Part shown: positions 1-8,475 of the stretch, piece by piece
How positions within the stretch are numbered: the first letter of the stretch is position 1
How the letters are laid out: each line of letters begins with the position of its first letter
Assembly (NCBI GenBank): GCA_964391265.1
Contig: CAYMLT010000002.1
Location: forward strand, 1-35,448
Direction of reading: 5' to 3'
DNA length: 35,448 nucleotides
Source: an uncultured archaeon
GTDB lineage: Archaea; Asgardarchaeota; Thorarchaeia; Thorarchaeales; Thorarchaeaceae
Made by a program: the position numbers and the translations under genes
Notes under the pieces: generated by a model
Told to the model about the DNA's origin: nothing
Databases searched by the model: none
Seen by the model: the letters and a program-made list of their open reading frames with translations, nothing else

Positions 1-124
1 CAACTCCTAAGGTGAGAGGCCGTGAGCGACACACACCAATTCCACGCATTCGCAACAAGAACAATTATGTGAAAAGGTTCGTGAAAGGTCAGATTGTAGG
101 CGTGAGAAAGTAAGCACCAGTCAG

Positions 125-952
125 TCAATATTGCATTCTTTTTCCAGTCAAGTCACGATAAGATTTACCGAAATCGTCCATTTTGGTAAGTTGACTACCA
201 GAAAACACTGGTCCATCTATGCATACCAGTTCACCATTCGGGTCCATACTGCATGTCCCACATAGCCCACATCCACATTTCATGTAGCGTTCAAGTGACG
301 CTTCGAAAGCAATCTCGTTCTCCTTTGCAATCGTATGAAGGCCCTTCATCATGAGCTCAGGGCCACATGCGTACATTCTATCAAAGGCATTCTCCTTGAT
401 GATATCATGAACTGCCTCAGTAGCGAACCCCTTGTATCCTGCTGATCCATCATCCGTTGCCAGTCTTATCGAAAACCCAAGATCAGAAGATTCCTTGAAG
501 TCATACATAACTAGTTCTTCCTTTGTTTTAGCCGCAATTAGTAAAGTAACCTTGGTTGATTTCTCAAGCAGACTGTATACAAGTGGCCGAAGCGGTGCAA
601 TTCCAATGCCTCCCCCAACAAGAAGTGCATTGTTCGAATCGGATGAGAAGCTATTCCCAAAAGGTCCACGTATTCCAATCCAATCCCCTTTCTTCATTTT
701 GCATAGATTTTCAGTCGCCTCGCCAATTGATTTGACTGTTATCTCAACCTCCGCAGCCTTCCAATATGAAACGCTCATAGGAATCTCATCAATTCCCGGA
801 ACCCACACCATTACGAATTGTCCGGCCTCAATATGTTTGATAGCGGTTGGTAACGCGAATCGCAAAGAGGTTGTTGAGCTATTTTCTTTGGTTGCCTCAG
901 TTATCCGGACTGAACTAGGTGACCCCATTAGCTTCTCTACATCCACAATCAT
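125..952 (-). CDS. pyrK: dihydroorotate dehydrogenase (class 1B) electron-transfer subunit PyrK
   Basis: 275-aa ORF. Ferredoxin-reductase-like core (LLVGGGIGIAPL, MYACGPELMM) and C-terminal 2Fe-2S motif CGCGLCGTC. 4-nt overlap with upstream pyrD. Confidence 0.9.
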   Translation of the reverse strand: MIVDVEKLMGSPSSVRITEATKENSSTTSLRFALPTAIKHIEAGQFVMVWVPGIDEIPMSVSYWKAAEVEITVKSIGEATENLCKMKKGDWIGIRGPFGNSFSSDSNNALLVGGGIGIAPLRPLVYSLLEKSTKVTLLIAAKTKEELVMYDFKESSDLGFSIRLATDDGSAGYKGFATEAVHDIIKENAFDRMYACGPELMMKGLHTIAKENEIAFEASLERYMKCGCGLCGTCSMDPNGELVCIDGPVFSGSQLTKMDDFGKSYRDLTGKRMQY

Positions 953-1824
953 TCCCTCCCAGCAAGTCCTACAATATCCGACACTTTGGAGTATCCCTTT
1001 TCTTGTAGATAGTTTTGTACTCCTTCCTTTACTTTTTCAAAAACATGCATACCGTCCAACAAAGCCGTTCCAATCTGAATTGCACTCGCCCCAGCAAGAT
1101 GCATTTCCACTGCATCTTCCCATGTTGCTATACCACCAACACCAATTATTGGTACATCTAGTGCATTATGGAGATCATAGACACAGCGTACCGCAATAGG
1201 AAATATCGGGGGTCCTGATAACCCACCCAATTTGTTTCCAAGAACAGGACGTTGCTGATGGATATCGATTTTCATAGCTCTCACAGTGTTGATAGCCACA
1301 ATGGCATCGGCTCCTGCCTCTTCGGCAGATTTACCTACCGATACATAGTCCGAGGCGTTAGGAGTTAACTTGGCAAAGACCTTGCAGGTGACAACATCTT
1401 TTACAGCACTAACGTATTCAAAAGTAAGCTCGGGACTGTGTGCAATTTGCGCAATTTCTGCATGAGGGCAAGATAGATTCAGTTCAATGGCATCCGGACC
1501 GTAAGTATTTCCCTTTTCAGCAACTTTGGTCACCTCCTCTACGGACGAACCAAAGACACTCAACACTATTGGCACTCCTGCTTCTTTTAGGGATGTGATT
1601 TCACTTTCAAACATGTCAATACCGGGATTTGTAAGACCAACTGCATTCAGTAGTCCACCATGAGAAGTTGTGAGGACAGGTCCTGAATGCCCCTTTCTGG
1701 GAACCAATCCTATGGACTTTGTAACGATGGCATCAGCACCAGCATCACACACCCGACGCATGACCGAACCAGTTACTCCAAGAATACCAGAAGCCAGCCA
1801 ATAGCCTTCAACTTTCATCTGCAC
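949..1824 (-). CDS. pyrD: dihydroorotate dehydrogenase catalytic subunit PyrD (class 1B)
   Basis: 291-aa ORF with TIM-barrel DHODH motifs (LASGILG, AIVTKSI, LLNAVGLTNPGID, IELNLSCPH, GGLSGPPIFPIA, IIGVGGI). Coupled to pyrK. Confidence 0.9.
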   Translation of the reverse strand: MQMKVEGYWLASGILGVTGSVMRRVCDAGADAIVTKSIGLVPRKGHSGPVLTTSHGGLLNAVGLTNPGIDMFESEITSLKEAGVPIVLSVFGSSVEEVTKVAEKGNTYGPDAIELNLSCPHAEIAQIAHSPELTFEYVSAVKDVVTCKVFAKLTPNASDYVSVGKSAEEAGADAIVAINTVRAMKIDIHQQRPVLGNKLGGLSGPPIFPIAVRCVYDLHNALDVPIIGVGGIATWEDAVEMHLAGASAIQIGTALLDGMHVFEKVKEGVQNYLQEKGYSKVSDIVGLAGRE

Positions 1825-2256
1825 ACCTATTTATCTCACGAAATGAATGTCTGTAATAAGGTTAAGCGACACACAGACACACTTGTGACCAATCTCCTGA
1901 GATGAGTGAACTTCAACTCCGAGATACTTTTGCGTTCTACCCTTCCTCAGACGAACGTCACCGCACTTGCTCAGCATTACCTGAAGGATGTCTGAGGCAT
2001 TATCTACTATCATCGGGATACAATCCCTCCTGCAGATCCGGCTTCTTTCTCCTGCACTACTGGATTCCGTTCTTTCATCTTTACTCAGACAAAAGTTGCA
2101 ATAATCGCTTCACGCTCGTTTGAAGATTGCCTACGTAGCCAAACAGAGCTAAGATATTGGCATCATGAATCCCGGTATCGACCGCAAAAAGAAAAACAGA
2201 GAATACGACACACTTATCCGAATCACACTATGTCCAGAGTCTGGAGATGATGTACA

Positions 2257-3525
2257 ATGGGTACCTATCTGACATTCACCGCATTTGGCGTCTTCCTACT
2301 TGATGAAGATAGCAAAGTTTTAGCTGAACAGATTACATATCCCGACGTGGATGCTTCAGCTGACAATGTCAGGAAAATCAGTGATGGAACTCCCTCTGAC
2401 ACACTGCAGAAAATGTTAGAGCAAGTCAAAGACCATCCAGAACTAGTAGTCGCAGATTCTCGGCTAGCAAAGGCACTGTCACAGATTAGTGATATATCAG
2501 TGAAAGTTGATCCATCCTCGAAAGCCATCAAATGGTTCCTTAGTCAACATGATACACAGATGTTAGAAAGAAAGGTCTCCAAATCATCATCTGACACCCA
2601 GAATTTCCGAAATCAAGTAGGATTGATATTGGCGAAATTCACCGTAAGCGAAGCAGGTGAAGAAAAAGACCCATCCATTAAACATGCTATTGATAGTGTT
2701 GGTGAAATTGACAAATCTATCAATATCATTGCAATGCGCCTTAGAGAGTGGTACTCGCTTCACTTCCCAATACTAACCGAACTTCTTGAAGATCACGAAG
2801 AATACACTCGTGTTGTCAATATCAGTGGCAGAAAATCCAACATGACTCGAGAAAAACTGTTGGAAGCCAAGCTTTCAGAACCCTCAATTGCCCTCGTAGA
2901 AGATGCAGTTGCTAATCTTCTTGGTTCAGATCTCTCTGATGCAGACATGAGTGCTATCGGGACACTATCGGATGTCATTTTAGACCTCTATAAACAAAGA
3001 CGTGTATTGGAAGCCTATGTAACTGATCTAATGGAAGAAGCAGCTCCCAATATCACTTCGTTGGTTGGTCCATTAGTTGGCGCTCGGTTGCTAAGTCTAG
3101 CTGGTTCACTGAAGGAACTCGCACGAAAACCATCAAGCACATTACAAATTTTGGGTGCTGAAAAGGCTCTTTTCAGGAGTCTGAAAACTGGTGCTGACCC
3201 TCCAAAACATGGTGTCATTTTTCAAGTACCTGAAATTCATTCTGCCCCATACTGGCAAAGGGGCAAAATTGCACGAGCACTTGCAGGAAAGCTTTCAATT
3301 GCAGCCCGAATTGATGCATATTCTGACTCGAAGGTAGTTACCGGACTGAGAGAGCAATTTGAGAACCGCCTAGCAGAGATACAACGCCAACATCCAGAAG
3401 CTCCCCCACCAAAACCAAAGCCTCCCAGTAAACTCCAACGAAAACAGAGGCAACAAGGGAGAGGACCTCCAAGAGGAAGGCAAGGAGGTCGGCAAGGTGG
3501 AAGACAAGGAGACCGACGACGATGA
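2257..3525 (+). CDS. nop5: Nop56/58 (Nop5) box C/D snoRNP core protein with RG-rich C-terminal tail
   Basis: 422-aa ORF. NOSIC/Nop domain motifs (AMRLREWYSLHFP, LLSLAGSLKELARKPSSTLQILGAEKALF, PKHGVIF). 4-nt overlap with the fibrillarin gene. Confidence 0.92.
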   Translation: MGTYLTFTAFGVFLLDEDSKVLAEQITYPDVDASADNVRKISDGTPSDTLQKMLEQVKDHPELVVADSRLAKALSQISDISVKVDPSSKAIKWFLSQHDTQMLERKVSKSSSDTQNFRNQVGLILAKFTVSEAGEEKDPSIKHAIDSVGEIDKSINIIAMRLREWYSLHFPILTELLEDHEEYTRVVNISGRKSNMTREKLLEAKLSEPSIALVEDAVANLLGSDLSDADMSAIGTLSDVILDLYKQRRVLEAYVTDLMEEAAPNITSLVGPLVGARLLSLAGSLKELARKPSSTLQILGAEKALFRSLKTGADPPKHGVIFQVPEIHSAPYWQRGKIARALAGKLSIAARIDAYSDSKVVTGLREQFENRLAEIQRQHPEAPPPKPKPPSKLQRKQRQQGRGPPRGRQGGRQGGRQGDRRR

Positions 3526-4220
3526 CCACAATAGCACCTCACAAATTTCCAGGAATCTTCAATGCTACTGACAGAGATAGAACATCCATCTCTACTCAAA
3601 CACTCGTTCCTCGACAGAGTGTCTATGGCGAAAAACTTGTGAAGGAAGGTGGTAAAGAGTACCGTCTATGGGCTCCTAGAAGGTCCAAATTAGCCGCGGC
3701 AATACACAATGGACTCCGAGAGATGCCAATTCAACCTGGTTCTCGTGTACTGTATTTGGGTGCGGCCTCAGGCACTACTGTTAGTCATATATCTGATATT
3801 GTAGGGCCGGACGGAGTTGTTTTTGCTGTCGAGTTCTCTGTACAAGTATCAAGAAAGCTAATCCGACTCGCGGAAACCAGAACGAACATTGTACCAATCA
3901 TTGATGATGCCCGTCATCCTATTCGATATACGGCTTTAGTTGGAGGCCCAATAGATATTGTCTATCAAGACGTAGCTCAATCGGACCAAGCACGAATTCT
4001 TTTGGATAATCTATCAACATTCTGTACCATAGGTGCATGGGGTATGATTGCAGTCAAGGCTCGAAGTATCGATTCCACTTCCAATATTGATGACATCTAC
4101 AGGAAGGAAATCGCAGAACTAGCAGCTGGTGGTACCGAAATAATCGACAATGTAAATCTTGACCCTCTAGAGAAGGACCATCGGTTCATAGTAGTTAGAG
4201 TTGCGGAGGAGCTTATTTGA
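3522..4220 (+). CDS. flpA: fibrillarin, rRNA/tRNA 2'-O-methyltransferase
   Basis: 232-aa ORF. SAM-binding motif VLYLGAASGTTVSHISDIVG and the canonical nop5-flpA gene order. No N-terminal GAR domain. Confidence 0.93.
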   Translation: MTTIAPHKFPGIFNATDRDRTSISTQTLVPRQSVYGEKLVKEGGKEYRLWAPRRSKLAAAIHNGLREMPIQPGSRVLYLGAASGTTVSHISDIVGPDGVVFAVEFSVQVSRKLIRLAETRTNIVPIIDDARHPIRYTALVGGPIDIVYQDVAQSDQARILLDNLSTFCTIGAWGMIAVKARSIDSTSNIDDIYRKEIAELAAGGTEIIDNVNLDPLEKDHRFIVVRVAEELI

Positions 4221-4672
4221 GTCGGTTCATAGAGCGCTTGATCGAAAATGAGATTGACACATCAAATGACCACCTGCCAGCGAAAAGGGTTTCACTTGCT
4301 GAACTAGGTCAACAAACATCTCCAAGCTTTATAACTCGTGGTGGGGAAAGCTCCATCTTTTTGAAAGATGAAATTGATATGCTTGTGGAAGAGGTGCCCT
4401 CCATTTACCACAACGAATTCATGCTTCCAATAGTGCTTCTACGGAGAATGGACTTGGGAACCGGAATCTATACAATCGCTGGTTCGAAGACCGAGCTCTT
4501 TCTAATATCAAAGATTTTAGGACAAGACGATCTACAATGGGAGAACCTGCCTAGCTGGCGTCCGGTTGACAGACTTGCCCGGCCTCAAGTTCAAATAGTC
4601 AGACGAAAACTGCCATCGACAACAAGTCTTGGTTTTACAACTTCTCTAAGTTACGTAGATGACTCTCATTAA
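4217..4672 (+). CDS. UPF0216/DUF61-family archaeal protein (function unknown)
   Basis: 151-aa ORF starting at a TTG that overlaps the flpA stop. Its pattern (NDHLPAKRVSLAELG...P.F..RGG..S.F.KDEIDML...P......LPIVL...G.Y.I.G...E...ISKILG) matches my recollection of the UPF0216 family. Confidence 0.6.
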   Translation: MSRFIERLIENEIDTSNDHLPAKRVSLAELGQQTSPSFITRGGESSIFLKDEIDMLVEEVPSIYHNEFMLPIVLLRRMDLGTGIYTIAGSKTELFLISKILGQDDLQWENLPSWRPVDRLARPQVQIVRRKLPSTTSLGFTTSLSYVDDSH

Positions 4673-4724
4673 TACTTAATTTCACATTCAGGAACGCTGA
4701 AAAGCATTCAATACAATCTGAGCG

Positions 4725-5699
4725 TTGGCAATCACAATGACTAAAGCTCGAGAACAGCTAATCGATGAGGTAATCACTACCCTAGAAGAGGCTGGATTTG
4801 ATTTATCGTCTCGTTGTGATGTTAGACCAAGTTGTTTCGACTTGGTCGCAAGGAAGGGCGAGCAGTTGATTCTTGTCAAGATGCTCTCCAATATAGACTC
4901 AATCACAGAAGAAGATACAAAAGCGCTGCAATTGGTGGCACATTTCTTCAATGCAACACCATTGATTGTGGGAATGAAGACAAGACGTGGCCAATTGGAT
5001 TCCGGAGTTATATACAAACGATACGGGATCTCTACAATTGCTCCAACTAGCCTGTCAAGTATAATTGACGAACAAAAGATGCCTCGCGAATTCATACAAC
5101 GGGGTGGACGATTTGTAGCTATTGATGGTGAAAAGCTACGCGAAGCACGTATTTCACACAATATCACAAAGGAAGATCTTGCAAGCTGCGTCGAGGTATC
5201 AGCCAGAGCGATTCTTGCATACGAGAAGGATGAGATGGATGTGAGTAAGGATGTCGCAATGCATCTCGAAAAGGTCCTTGAAACCGACCTTGTTATTCCA
5301 ATAGATATCATTAGCGACCGACCGAAAGAACAACCAATACCAACGGCTCGTAATCCTGAAAAGACTCTAGATATTGAGAAACGCGTTAACGAATTCTTTG
5401 AACGATTGGGAATGCGGGTTCTTTGGAGTGACAGAGCACCATTTCATGTCGCTGCTAAAGAAGAAGGTCCCCCACTTATGACTGGGATTGGCTCGCTGAG
5501 GAGCGTCGCTCTTCAGAAAAGGATGGAGATTTTGAAGAGTGTTTCACATGTTGCCGAATCTGAAGCACTCATAATAGTGGAAGAGGGTCATGCAGAAGGG
5601 AACATTGCCAATCTGCCAGTCATTAGACAGCTTGAATTGGACGATATTGAAAAGCCACATGAATTGAAGAAGATAATCTCAGAGAGATCCAGCAACTAG
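4725..5699 (+). CDS. archaeal HTH (XRE-type) domain protein, putative transcriptional regulator (COG1395-like)
   Basis: 324-aa ORF with a central Cro/C1-type HTH (LREARISHNITKEDLASCVEVSARAILAYEKDE). Size and layout are typical of the conserved archaeal family. The antisense ORF 4688..5311 is judged spurious. Confidence 0.65.
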   Translation: MAITMTKAREQLIDEVITTLEEAGFDLSSRCDVRPSCFDLVARKGEQLILVKMLSNIDSITEEDTKALQLVAHFFNATPLIVGMKTRRGQLDSGVIYKRYGISTIAPTSLSSIIDEQKMPREFIQRGGRFVAIDGEKLREARISHNITKEDLASCVEVSARAILAYEKDEMDVSKDVAMHLEKVLETDLVIPIDIISDRPKEQPIPTARNPEKTLDIEKRVNEFFERLGMRVLWSDRAPFHVAAKEEGPPLMTGIGSLRSVALQKRMEILKSVSHVAESEALIIVEEGHAEGNIANLPVIRQLELDDIEKPHELKKIISERSSN

Positions 5700-6391
5700 T
5701 AGTCCAATTTGCCTTGGACCGGTTTTCCATTTTGAGTAGCTCGTGATACCGATTTCCATGATCTTCTAACAAAAAAAGGAAGTTCTTCATTATTACGTAT
5801 TAATTTCTTCAGAAAGGCAATAGATTTCGGATCTGTTGGATAACCAGAACCAAAATCACCATAGTGTTCATGCAATTTTGTAATTACAGCATCGCGTTCA
5901 GTTTTTGCTATTATTGATGCCGCAGAAACGACCACATATTTCGAATCTGCTTTGTGTTCAGAAACAATTTTGCATTCTTTCAATGAAAGATTTGATACTT
6001 GTCGTATCTTATCACCGAAACGCTTGGCATTGACATCTACAGCATCCATATAGAGTTCGGTAGGATTTAGCTTTTTTGCGATAGCCGCAAAGACATTAAC
6101 TTCCGTTTCATTCAGATTGGTTCCTCTGCGTCTGGATGTATCAATCTGTATCGCAGAAATCTTTTCACTAACTATCTTTGATGCTACTTTTCGTATTATC
6201 TTCGCATATTCTTCACGACGTTTGGCAGATAGGGCTTTAGAATCCTTCACACCAGCTTTCCTGAGGTATTCCAACGAATTTGAATCCACTAAGACACCAC
6301 ACACAACCATTGGCCCGAACATTGGTCCTCGTCCTGCTTCATCTATACCTGCAATTCTCAAAGGAGCTGATTGTGAACTCATACATTTCAT
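5696..6391 (-). CDS. rnhB: ribonuclease HII
   Basis: 231-aa ORF. Catalytic motif GIDEAGRGPMFGPMVV, then DSK and ASIIAK motifs. The start could instead be the second in-frame ATG at 6382. Confidence 0.9.
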   Translation of the reverse strand: MKCMSSQSAPLRIAGIDEAGRGPMFGPMVVCGVLVDSNSLEYLRKAGVKDSKALSAKRREEYAKIIRKVASKIVSEKISAIQIDTSRRRGTNLNETEVNVFAAIAKKLNPTELYMDAVDVNAKRFGDKIRQVSNLSLKECKIVSEHKADSKYVVVSAASIIAKTERDAVITKLHEHYGDFGSGYPTDPKSIAFLKKLIRNNEELPFFVRRSWKSVSRATQNGKPVQGKLDY

Positions 6392-6525
6392 TTACTATGA
6401 GAAGCTATTTTACAGTCTCGGAGTGGTCTGGATCGAAAGTGATGGTCGCGGAATGCTTCGGCAATGAAATTGACACAGTATATTTCTCGTGAGGGTATAA
6501 CTACGAGATGAAATGAGGTGGGAAA

Positions 6526-6984
6526 TTGAATGGAACGAAATCTAATGTGGTGCCATTGGTAGTAGCAATTGTCGCTCTCTTTTTTCCGATGCTAGTTGGT
6601 ATAGATTTTGACTACTTCGAAGGCACAACGACTATGGTCATTCAGGCAGTCTTTTGGACCATGAATGTCAACGGTGGCAGTACTATTGCCACATTCAACT
6701 TCGTGTATGTCATTATGCGAGTCGCTTTCATTTTGCAGGTGTATAGATACTATCAAGCAAAAACAACAATTAGAAAGGCATTATTTGTCGCACTATTAGC
6801 CGAGCTGCATATACTCGTTGTTTCAATTTTGTTTTACATTTTTACAATAACTTACTTCTATCCAGTAACATATCTTATAATCACTGTTCCAATTCCTATA
6901 CTCTTCATAACTGGTGTTATTCTGTTAGCAGCTATATCTCCCTCGAAAATAGAAGAACATGACAAATGGCTTACTACTCGATAA
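6526..6984 (+). CDS. hypothetical polytopic membrane protein
   Basis: 152-aa ORF with about 4 hydrophobic segments and no recognisable motif. Confidence 0.5.
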   Translation: MNGTKSNVVPLVVAIVALFFPMLVGIDFDYFEGTTTMVIQAVFWTMNVNGGSTIATFNFVYVIMRVAFILQVYRYYQAKTTIRKALFVALLAELHILVVSILFYIFTITYFYPVTYLIITVPIPILFITGVILLAAISPSKIEEHDKWLTTR

Positions 6985-7312
6985 TTGATTCCACAATCGC
7001 TATCAGCCTATGAAAAGGTAGGAGTTTACACTCTTCAAATCAAAGGTTTGGCAATCGATAATGAAAGAAGAAGAAAGTGGCAGCTTTGACCCTTGTCACG
7101 GGCTCGCGCACCGCACATTTGATCAAACGATTCGAGGCTTAATTGCTGAGTTCAGCCGAGATCAGATGACCCCTCGAACCTATGGCCGCCATCAAGACTT
7201 GCCAGAGATTGTTGTGTTTTAAAGCTTACTCTAGAGACAAGAAAAAATCGAGGTGGATAATTCAGCACGTACTGAAACCACTCTCATTTTTCCTTCCCAA
7301 AATTCATTATTT

Positions 7313-7329
7313 CTATGGTGACCTTATTA
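7313..7329 (+). repeat. 17-nt exact direct repeat CTATGGTGACCTTATTA, copy 1
   Basis: Identical 17-mer recurs at 7809..7825. Ends 38 nt upstream of the ATG at 7368. Confidence 0.8.
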
Positions 7330-7367
7330 TAGGGTGAACTCTGTTACAATAGAGGGGGAATTCGATA

Positions 7368-7769
7368 ATGAATGAGAACCAGAAGTTTGAATTGGCTGCA
7401 ATCATTCTGCTTCTTACCACGCTGTATGCACCTTTCGCATTTGGGATGCTTTGGCTAACTGGAAATCCAATATACCAAATCATTGCTCCTCTATGGATTC
7501 TACAGAAACCACCAAACGGTATCGGTGTTATGTCTATTAGTATCATCGGCTATTTGTATCCTATTATTCAATTACCATTTCTCTTCCTGACACTACTTGC
7601 CTTCCGGGGACGATGTAGTATGAAACCACCATTAATTATCGGTGCGATGACACAAATTCTCTATTGTATTCAATTCTTCTTTGTTTCTCCTGTACAACTA
7701 ATTATCACATTCCCAATTACACTAACTCTCCTGACAGGATTGGTTCTGAAAGAATACCTCTCGCGATAG
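7368..7769 (+). CDS. hypothetical polytopic membrane protein
   Basis: 133-aa hydrophobic ORF with GGGGGA purine tract upstream of the ATG. Architecture is loosely similar to the 152-aa protein upstream. Confidence 0.5.
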   Translation: MNENQKFELAAIILLLTTLYAPFAFGMLWLTGNPIYQIIAPLWILQKPPNGIGVMSISIIGYLYPIIQLPFLFLTLLAFRGRCSMKPPLIIGAMTQILYCIQFFFVSPVQLIITFPITLTLLTGLVLKEYLSR

Positions 7770-7808
7770 ATAACTTGAACCAATAATTATGAAAGAACTG
7801 CTTGAAAA

Positions 7809-7825
7809 CTATGGTGACCTTATTA
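7809..7825 (+). repeat. 17-nt exact direct repeat CTATGGTGACCTTATTA, copy 2
   Basis: Identical to 7313..7329. Ends 22 nt upstream of the ATG at 7848. Confidence 0.8.
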
Positions 7826-7847
7826 GTCACTGACGAAACATGACTCC

Positions 7848-8423
7848 ATGACCCCCCCTCCCCGGCTGCGTCTGGTCTGTCACCCTCCCTCCCGGCCAGA
7901 GCATACTCCGTTACATGCTGATACGGACAGGGCGCAGCTGTGGGAACTCGTGAATGATCAAGATGTGCATCTCATTCTCAGAGCTCCCGGTCTAATGGAG
8001 CTCGCCCGTAGACACGATTCCAGTGTTCTTGATTATTGCGAAAAACTCCTTGAATCGAATAACTCAGAAGAATGGTTTCTGGGTGTAAAGACAATAGCAG
8101 AATTGGGCACCCAAGAGGCAATTGACCGACTTGTGATGATTTATGCCGCTTCATTTGACGAAAAGCGACGGTATATCCTACATCTAATCGCAAAAGCCCT
8201 CACTACAAAAAATGTACATCCCTTTAGCATCATGGTTCGAGAACTTGTAATATGTGATGAAGTTGACATAACTGGATGGACGTCGACTGCAGTTGCTACT
8301 TTGCAAGATGTATGCAAGCGAATGGGAGTAGAAACCGTAACTAAAGGAGCAACTCAGAATTCAGCAAGCAGATTACTTGAGGCAGAATCCGAACTTGTAG
8401 ACGCCTCTATTCTTTCCAAGTGA
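7848..8423 (+). CDS. hypothetical HEAT/PBS-lyase-repeat-like protein
   Basis: 191-aa ORF. Helical repeats (EWFLGVKTIAELGTQEAIDRLVMIY) resemble HEAT-like repeats. The first ~30 codons are unusually GC- and Pro/Arg/His-rich, so the true start is uncertain. Confidence 0.45.
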   Translation: MTPPPRLRLVCHPPSRPEHTPLHADTDRAQLWELVNDQDVHLILRAPGLMELARRHDSSVLDYCEKLLESNNSEEWFLGVKTIAELGTQEAIDRLVMIYAASFDEKRRYILHLIAKALTTKNVHPFSIMVRELVICDEVDITGWTSTAVATLQDVCKRMGVETVTKGATQNSASRLLEAESELVDASILSK

Positions 8424-8475
8424 AATCATACATACCACATGGTATTAATCAACGACCTTATTCTATTTCTATGCA

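Noticed and set aside
1-113. Open frame running off the left edge (…PKVRGRERHTPIPRIRNKNNYVKRFVKGQIVGVRK-stop), possibly the 3' end of a plus-strand gene.
   Set aside because: Only 36 codons are visible and there is no recognisable motif. Too little to call a feature.
432-1199. 255-aa plus-strand ORF, and many similar ORFs in the track: 2265..2531, 3237..3599, 4688..5311, 6117..6467, 11065..11487, 19371..20045, 20469..20984, 21822..22963, 23294..24617, 29200..30277, 34327..35445.
   Set aside because: These are shadow ORFs antisense to, or out of frame with, genes that have strong motif support. They have low-complexity or Ser/Pro/Leu-rich translations typical of non-coding frames.
24-1884. 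GCGACACACA-containing strings at 24-38 and 1866-1884 flanking the pyrK-pyrD pair, as possible element ends.
   Set aside because: About 11 nt of low-complexity CA-rich similarity with no extended flanking match. Too weak.
1825-2256. 432-nt divergent intergenic region next to nop5/flpA, searched for box C/D sRNAs (RUGAUGA...CUGA pairs) and other RNA genes. Other intergenic gaps were also scanned by eye.
   Set aside because: Only imperfect C-box-like strings (for example GAGATGAGTGA, AGATGATGT) were found, without correctly spaced D/D' boxes. No tRNA-like or conserved RNA motif was recognised.
7848-8010. GC-rich stretch with local complementarity (GCTGCG...CGCAGC), considered as a structured RNA gene such as SRP or RNase P RNA.
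   Set aside because: No conserved RNA motifs were recognised. The stretch is continuous with an ORF whose downstream part has plausible HEAT-like repeats. It is noted instead as an uncertain start region.
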